Virus record (IMG/VR): IMGVR_UViG_3300020045_005414
Location: 1 to 40,084 of that record
Reading direction: 5' to 3' (one strand)
Origin: a virus
Taxonomy: Duplodnaviria > Caudoviricetes
DNA: 40,084 nt
The translations under genes were made by a program, and so were the position numbers. Below are positions 35,674-40,084 of the stretch, piece by piece. Below the pieces are notes generated by a model. The model was given only the letters and a program-made list of their open reading frames with translations. It was not told the DNA's origin and did not search any database. Numbering within the stretch: position 1 is the stretch's first letter; each line of letters opens with the position of its first letter.

Positions 35674-36627
35674 TCATGATTCAAGTAATTTTATCCAGTC
35701 AGATTCTTTACCTATCTCTTCAAATTCTGGAACAATTAATTCACGTTTAAGTATTGTTTCAAAATCAATGTCATTCATTTCGAACGGAACAATATAACCG
35801 TTAATTCCGTGCGTTATCTGCTCCCTGCCCGATGCAAAAGGTGTAATAATACATGGTGTTTTAACTTGCATTGCTTCATAAACTGAATAAGCGAAACCCT
35901 CCGTGTCTGATAACTGAACTAAATAATCAGCTTTGTTTATTTCTTTGAACGGTTCTCTTGTAACTCCTTTAAAAATCACATTAGGACAATTCTTAAACCA
36001 ACTAACAACTTGTTTTGCAAATGTATGTTTTGTTGACCCGTAAACATTCCAAATATACGGTATTTTTTTTAAATCTAATTGTTGTGCTAATTGCAACATT
36101 CTTTTAAAACCTTTTTCACCAGATAGTCTGGAACACGTAACCAAGTGCAAAATATTGTTTTTTATTTTTGGCTCGTGTTTAATTGTATTGTCAAGTAGAT
36201 TATAAATTACAGCATCGCATTTATACATCGTAGCTTCTTCAAATGCTTCTTTAACTATTTCGCCTACGCAAACGTGATGTGTTGTTTTTTCGTGTTTTAA
36301 ATATTTAAAATTCCAATTTGAAATAACGTGTCTATAATCTGCGTGTACAACTTGAACAACTTTATTAGCTTTTATGTTATCGTAAGGAGAATATCCCCAA
36401 GCTGTAGAATTTACAAAGTAATCGAATTGATATTGTTTTTCCTTATCTATTTTGACCACGTCTACAAAATCAGATATTTCAAATAACAATTGTGAATTTT
36501 CTACCCAATCAAAAAGGAGAGTTATTTTATAATGTTTTGACATTCGTTTACAAAAGTTTTCAACGAATCGTTCAACTCCGCCTATTGAATTATAGTTACT
36601 TATGTATATTCCAAGTGTTTTACTCAT
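35674..36627 (-). CDS. GT-B (family 4-like) glycosyltransferase
   Basis: IGGVE, VHADY, SRLSGEKG, ADYLVQLSDTEGFAYSVYEAM (Ex7E). Confidence 0.92.
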   Translation of the reverse strand: MSKTLGIYISNYNSIGGVERFVENFCKRMSKHYKITLLFDWVENSQLLFEISDFVDVVKIDKEKQYQFDYFVNSTAWGYSPYDNIKANKVVQVVHADYRHVISNWNFKYLKHEKTTHHVCVGEIVKEAFEEATMYKCDAVIYNLLDNTIKHEPKIKNNILHLVTCSRLSGEKGFKRMLQLAQQLDLKKIPYIWNVYGSTKHTFAKQVVSWFKNCPNVIFKGVTREPFKEINKADYLVQLSDTEGFAYSVYEAMQVKTPCIITPFASGREQITHGINGYIVPFEMNDIDFETILKRELIVPEFEEIGKESDWIKLLES

Positions 36628-36631
36628 ACCC

Positions 36632-36667
36632 CAAAATTACAAAAAATCCCCAAATTAATGAGGATTT
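36632..36667 (-). promoter_or_regulatory. terminator immediately followed by the glycosyltransferase promoter
   Basis: Hairpin aaatcctca/tggggattt plus U-tract, then TAATTTTG (36639-36632) 4 nt before the ATG. Confidence 0.65.
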
Positions 36668-36693
36668 ATGAATAAAATTAATTAAACGTACCA

Positions 36694-36969
36694 TTAAGGC
36701 TTTGCAATCTCAAGTTTTACTATAAGATTATTTGCTTTTATGCTATCTCTTTTAATTGCTTCTTTTGTTACGTCCTTTGGTTCAATCGACCAAGACTCAA
36801 CAATATTACCTTTATACCAAACATAAGTTTTGTGCTCTCCTGAAAAATAAGATTGCTCAATCGAATAGTTTGATTTAGTGTATTCGATACCGTTCTCAAC
36901 AGATACTCTATGTATCTCCGTGCATGACAACAAAACAACTGATATCGATAGTAATAATAATTTTTTCAT
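36694..36969 (-). CDS. lipoprotein
   Basis: MKKLLLLSISVVLLS|C lipobox. Confidence 0.85.
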   Translation of the reverse strand: MKKLLLLSISVVLLSCTEIHRVSVENGIEYTKSNYSIEQSYFSGEHKTYVWYKGNIVESWSIEPKDVTKEAIKRDSIKANNLIVKLEIAKP

Positions 36970-36981
36970 AATAATTTGATT

Positions 36982-37275
36982 TTAATGTTTAATATTGTTT
37001 TCGTCTAATAATCGATCTTGAATTTCAAGTAGTTCTTTTTTCTTAGCTAGAATATCCAAAGCATTATTAAGCTTGCTATTTGTGTTAATCCACTCCCTAT
37101 TAGCTTTACTAACTTCTTTTTGAAGTTTTAAGTTTTTCTCTATCAAATCCGTATTTTCTAATTGCAAATCTTTGTTTCTATCCGATTGCAACGAATACAA
37201 ATGACAAGTTATAAGCCATCCGATAAAGAATAAGGCTGCGATTATTAGTATAAATATTGTTTCTGCTTGGTTCAT
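36982..37275 (-). CDS. N-terminal TM + coiled-coil protein
   Basis: TM at about residues 7-24, then heptad repeats. Confidence 0.75.
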   Translation of the reverse strand: MNQAETIFILIIAALFFIGWLITCHLYSLQSDRNKDLQLENTDLIEKNLKLQKEVSKANREWINTNSKLNNALDILAKKKELLEIQDRLLDENNIKH

Positions 37276-37484
37276 AAGTTGTTTTTTGCGTTAGTAATTT
37301 CTAATTGGAGTAAATCTACTTCTTTTTGCCTTTCGTCTATCCTGTGGCTTATTTTAGGCTTTATTTGGTTAGTAATGGCTACTATCTCCTCGTAAGACCA
37401 TTTCGATATAAACAAATCTAATACAATTGATTCAGCCTTTTCTTCTATAAGCTCGGCACGGCTTTTTGTTTTGAATGGGTTCAT
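37272..37484 (-). CDS. hypothetical protein
   Basis: 70 aa, coupled. Confidence 0.7.
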   Translation of the reverse strand: MNPFKTKSRAELIEEKAESIVLDLFISKWSYEEIVAITNQIKPKISHRIDERQKEVDLLQLEITNAKNNL

Positions 37485-37963
37485 ATGATTTTTATTTTTT
37501 TTTCTGCTAATCTTTCGAAGTTCTTAAACAATGGAGCTGTTTTGTATAATTCAATTTCGTTTGCATTGTCCCAAACAGAGAGTAAATCATTGAGGCTTAA
37601 AATCGGTTCGTTGTAGTCAACTTTAAAAACGTCAGGAAACCACGCTCTTAAATTATCCACTATTAACGAATTGTTTTCGTGCCTTGCGTTGTGAGCTACT
37701 TGCAGTATTTGCTCTTTCGTTATTTTCATATCGTTGTTTTTGTATGTTAGTATTTTTGCGTAGCCATAATTTTTATCCCATAATAAAACATTTTGTCCTG
37801 TATAATGTTTATTATATAAATCAATCCAATATTCATGTGCCCATTCGTGAATATCTTTTATTATAGAAATTGTAATATCTACTATATCAGATTCATTTGG
37901 CGATTGCACTTCCTTTGCATCCTTAAAATACTCCTGTACTTCTTCTAAACTTGGTCTTTTCAT
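37481..37963 (-). CDS. hypothetical protein
   Basis: 160 aa; PSLEEVQEYF N-terminal motif. Confidence 0.75.
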   Translation of the reverse strand: MKRPSLEEVQEYFKDAKEVQSPNESDIVDITISIIKDIHEWAHEYWIDLYNKHYTGQNVLLWDKNYGYAKILTYKNNDMKITKEQILQVAHNARHENNSLIVDNLRAWFPDVFKVDYNEPILSLNDLLSVWDNANEIELYKTAPLFKNFERLAEKKIKII

Positions 37964-38139
37964 GGTTGTAAATTTCTATAATTAATCCAAAAATCTCTTA
38001 AAACATCGGAAATGTTATCCCACTTCATATCAGGTATTTTTGACATGATATATTTTTTCTGTTCTTCTGTATAAACTTTCATATCTTGAATTTATAATTT
38101 TGGTCATACAACAATTTCGATATGTAATCGTAGAATTTG

Positions 38140-38295
38140 TTAAATAGGTTTTTCATCTTGTTTTTTGTTTAGATATTGTTCTGATTGTTCTTTTGCGTAC
38201 TTACGGACGTCTTTGATTACTTTTGGATGACAACGAACTGTGTAAGGCTCGTTGGTTTTCTTTTTTCTCCCTGCATTTCTTTCGTTGTTTTTCAT
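38140..38295 (-). CDS. 51-aa ribbon-helix-helix-like DNA-binding protein (not in ORF track)
   Basis: Hand-translated MKNNERNAGRKKK...YTVRCHPKVIKDVRKYAKE...; NAGRK arm, then strand and helix. Confidence 0.65.
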   Translation of the reverse strand: MKNNERNAGRKKKTNEPYTVRCHPKVIKDVRKYAKEQSEQYLNKKQDEKPI

Positions 38296-38558
38296 ATTTT
38301 AGTGTTTAAATAATATTGTAAAATTCTATCTTTTAATGCTTTTATTGTTTCATTGCAAAAAACTTTATGATTTACCATTGATACAGAATCTCTTTCTGAA
38401 ACACACCATTCACCGTAATCGTGTGAATAAGATTCTCTTTGCTCTACTGTAAAAGGTATTACGGTTTTAAAATTATATCGCTTCAATACTTTTTTACCCT
38501 GTTTTATAGTCGCTATTTTTTTAGCAGGAGCAATAGCAACAGATATAATCTTTTCCAT
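38292..38558 (-). CDS. hypothetical protein
   Basis: 88-aa ORF. Confidence 0.7.
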   Translation of the reverse strand: MEKIISVAIAPAKKIATIKQGKKVLKRYNFKTVIPFTVEQRESYSHDYGEWCVSERDSVSMVNHKVFCNETIKALKDRILQYYLNTKI

Positions 38559-38559
38559 G

Positions 38560-38784
38560 TTAATTTATAGAGTTTAAAATATTGTTTATAAATAACACCA
38601 TTGAATCGGTTAGTTTTTCGTGATTTGGATAATTAAAAGGCAATTTAATTACTTCCATAAACCGAAGTCCACGAATTGTTTGGTAACTTTCGTAAACAAC
38701 ATTGTTTTCAGTCCAAAAATGGTCGTGGTTATTTGATTTTACTATCATCTTTTTAAACTTTTTGAAGACTGTCGGTTTTGGCAC
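38560..38784 (-). CDS. hypothetical protein
   Basis: 74-aa ORF, GTG start. Confidence 0.6.
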   Translation of the reverse strand: MPKPTVFKKFKKMIVKSNNHDHFWTENNVVYESYQTIRGLRFMEVIKLPFNYPNHEKLTDSMVLFINNILNSIN

Positions 38785-39029
38785 GACTTAAATATATTAA
38801 CGGGTCTGTTTCTGGAGCATCTACATATTGAAAGCAATAATACCCATCAATCATAAACCCGCAATACTCTATTTGTTCACCATTGTAAAAATATCTTTCC
38901 ATAATTATTTTTTGTAGATGAATTTTGCTATTTGAAATCCTGTAAATCCACTAACTATTGATAAAATCAGTAAGTTAATAATAGTATTGTATTCGCTCAT
39001 ATTTTTAAACTTAAAAGGTTATCTGAGTA

Positions 39030-39037
39030 CAAATATA
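39030..39037 (-). promoter_or_regulatory. Bacteroidota -7 promoter element for the small-gene operon
   Basis: TATATTTG in an intergenic gap ~30 nt upstream of an ATG. Confidence 0.7.
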
Positions 39038-39282
39038 ACATTGTTTTTTAAATAACAAAGCTTTATTTTAAATTTTAACACTTTTTTACCCCACGCCCCA
39101 CTCATAACAATCCAACCTCCTTTTAAACTCTTCTAAGCGCTTATTATTTTCTCTTGATACTAACAGACTTATAAATACTTTCTATCCAATGAAACGTTAC
39201 TTTTTTTATTTGGTGACGTGCTTTTAACTCGGCTTTATGTTGCTTTGACAAATCACGCCACCATTTTAATTCAATCATAACG

Positions 39283-39606
39283 TTAACGAATATCGTATAA
39301 TCTTAAAAAACGATCATTAACCAATAGATTGAATTCAGAAAATACAGGCTTATTAAAACTATGTTTTGTTTTAACGGTTAAATAATCTTTTTTCGTAACC
39401 GCTCCAGGTCTTCTTTCTGAAACTTCAAATATTTCATAAACAGAAATCATTTCGGGAGTATAATTCCCAACGATAACATCGCCAACTTTTACGTCTTGTT
39501 TTGAATCAACATAAAATGTTATTTCATTGTTTACATTTCTTTTTGCAGGATTTTCTTCCCACGTCATTAAATCACAAGAAAACTGGTTTAATAATAAATT
39601 TTTCAT
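39283..39606 (-). CDS. hypothetical protein
   Basis: 107 aa from MKNLLL; the ORF-track start at 39642 lies inside the terminator stem. Confidence 0.75.
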   Translation of the reverse strand: MKNLLLNQFSCDLMTWEENPAKRNVNNEITFYVDSKQDVKVGDVIVGNYTPEMISVYEIFEVSERRPGAVTKKDYLTVKTKHSFNKPVFSEFNLLVNDRFLRLYDIR

Positions 39607-39731
39607 AATGCTTTGTTTTATTAAATAAAAAATGCCTTTCAAAATCTACAAGGGTCTGATGCTTGCTTCATTCAAAAGGCTAATCGTTTAAGTTCTCTTA
39701 GTTTCAGACCAGAACTGTATGCGCAAATATA
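39607..39731 (-). promoter_or_regulatory. leader D: promoter + 5' hairpin + terminator with complementary loops
   Basis: TATATTTG at 39731-39724; hairpin 39700-39716 with loop containing GGUCUGA; terminator 39634-39680 with loop containing UCAGACC, then a U-tract. Confidence 0.8.
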
Positions 39732-39761
39732 ATCTAAATTATTGAATTGGTGAAATTAAAT
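39716..39761. repeat. 46-bp direct repeat (copy of 824-869)
   Basis: Exact match. Confidence 0.95.
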
Positions 39762-39965
39762 CTAATAATCAGCACCGTCAACTGTAAAGTCTTTGCCACA
39801 ATGCTCACAACAAATCTCTACAGGTGAATAAAACTTTTCTACACTTTCCATAGGTTTAGTGTAAACGTAAAACTCATCTACTTGCATAAAATCATTGTCT
39901 AATTCGCAATACGGACATTCTACTAATGCTTCTACGTGCCATTGCACTCTTACTGGTTTCTTCAT
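39762..39965 (-). CDS. small zinc-ribbon protein (alternative cassette to 864..1160)
   Basis: CPYC...CEHC. Confidence 0.75.
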   Translation of the reverse strand: MKKPVRVQWHVEALVECPYCELDNDFMQVDEFYVYTKPMESVEKFYSPVEICCEHCGKDFTVDGADY

Positions 39966-39967
39966 AA

Positions 39968-40084
39968 TCTATTTTTTTAATGTTATTTCAAATGAGGGGG
40001 TTGGTTACTGATTATGTAAAAAGAACCGTTTTGCAAAACCCTGCGAACACCAACTTCTTATACTCATATCGCATGTAATTAAAT
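39968..40084. repeat. copy of 1164-1280 (circular overlap, includes the 3' end of the C5-MTase-like gene)
   Basis: 116/117 identity. Confidence 0.95.

Noticed and set aside
1752-37866. Antisense/shadow ORFs in the track (e.g. 1752+, 2007+, 3695+, 6279+, 8734+, 10470+, 11516-, 12318-, 12900-, 13218-, 14713+, 17419+, 21574+, 22227+, 26210+, 26588+, 30574+, 37684+)
   Set aside because: They lie opposite well-supported genes, have biased composition and show no motifs or initiation signals.
39607-39642. N-terminal extension of ORF 39283..39642
   Set aside because: The start is a TTG inside the terminator stem of leader D.
723-39731. tRNA or known metabolite riboswitch identity for the leaders
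   Set aside because: No cloverleaf or T-loop consensus, and no conserved primary sequence among the four, which a ligand-binding aptamer would need.
39968-40084. 117-bp repeat as physical direct terminal repeats or att sites
   Set aside because: One copy is internal (1164), it cuts through a gene, there is no integrase, and the terminase type suggests headful packaging; an assembly overlap is simpler.

Overview
The window holds an apparently complete, circularly permuted ~38.8 kb tailed-phage genome (siphovirus-like). The host is most likely Flavobacterium/Bacteroidota, judged from low G+C, TAnnTTTG promoters, A-rich ribosome-binding regions without Shine-Dalgarno, and Q-rule signal peptides. 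The circle closes by a 117-bp overlap (1164-1280 = 39968-40084, one mismatch, offset 38,804 bp). Bases ~491-1163 are an alternative allele of 39283-39967, and bases 1-~490 look foreign or chimeric. Modules: replication/modification (C5-MTase-like, VRR-NUC, primase-helicase, T5orf172, SF2 helicase, 2OG-Fe(II) oxygenase), a divergent recombination operon (YqaJ exonuclease), lysis (GH19 endolysin, holin-like proteins), tail and head genes in non-canonical order, terminase, and a GT-B glycosyltransferase. I recognised no integrase, CI-type repressor, tRNA, CRISPR array or RT. The most striking unexplained signal is a family of four 5' leaders with no sequence similarity but one architecture: promoter, small hairpin, terminator hairpin, ATG. 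In each, the two hairpin loops are exact 7-nt complements, with a different sequence per leader, suggesting a kissing-loop attenuation system. Other leads: a shared C-terminal PSV tag on capsid, tail tube and portal alongside a glycosyltransferase; tail-fibre-like proteins with Sec signal peptides; an iteron-rich origin beside two proteins with paralogous C-terminal domains; an SSB-like tail on the primase. All product calls come from motif recognition by eye, not database searches.
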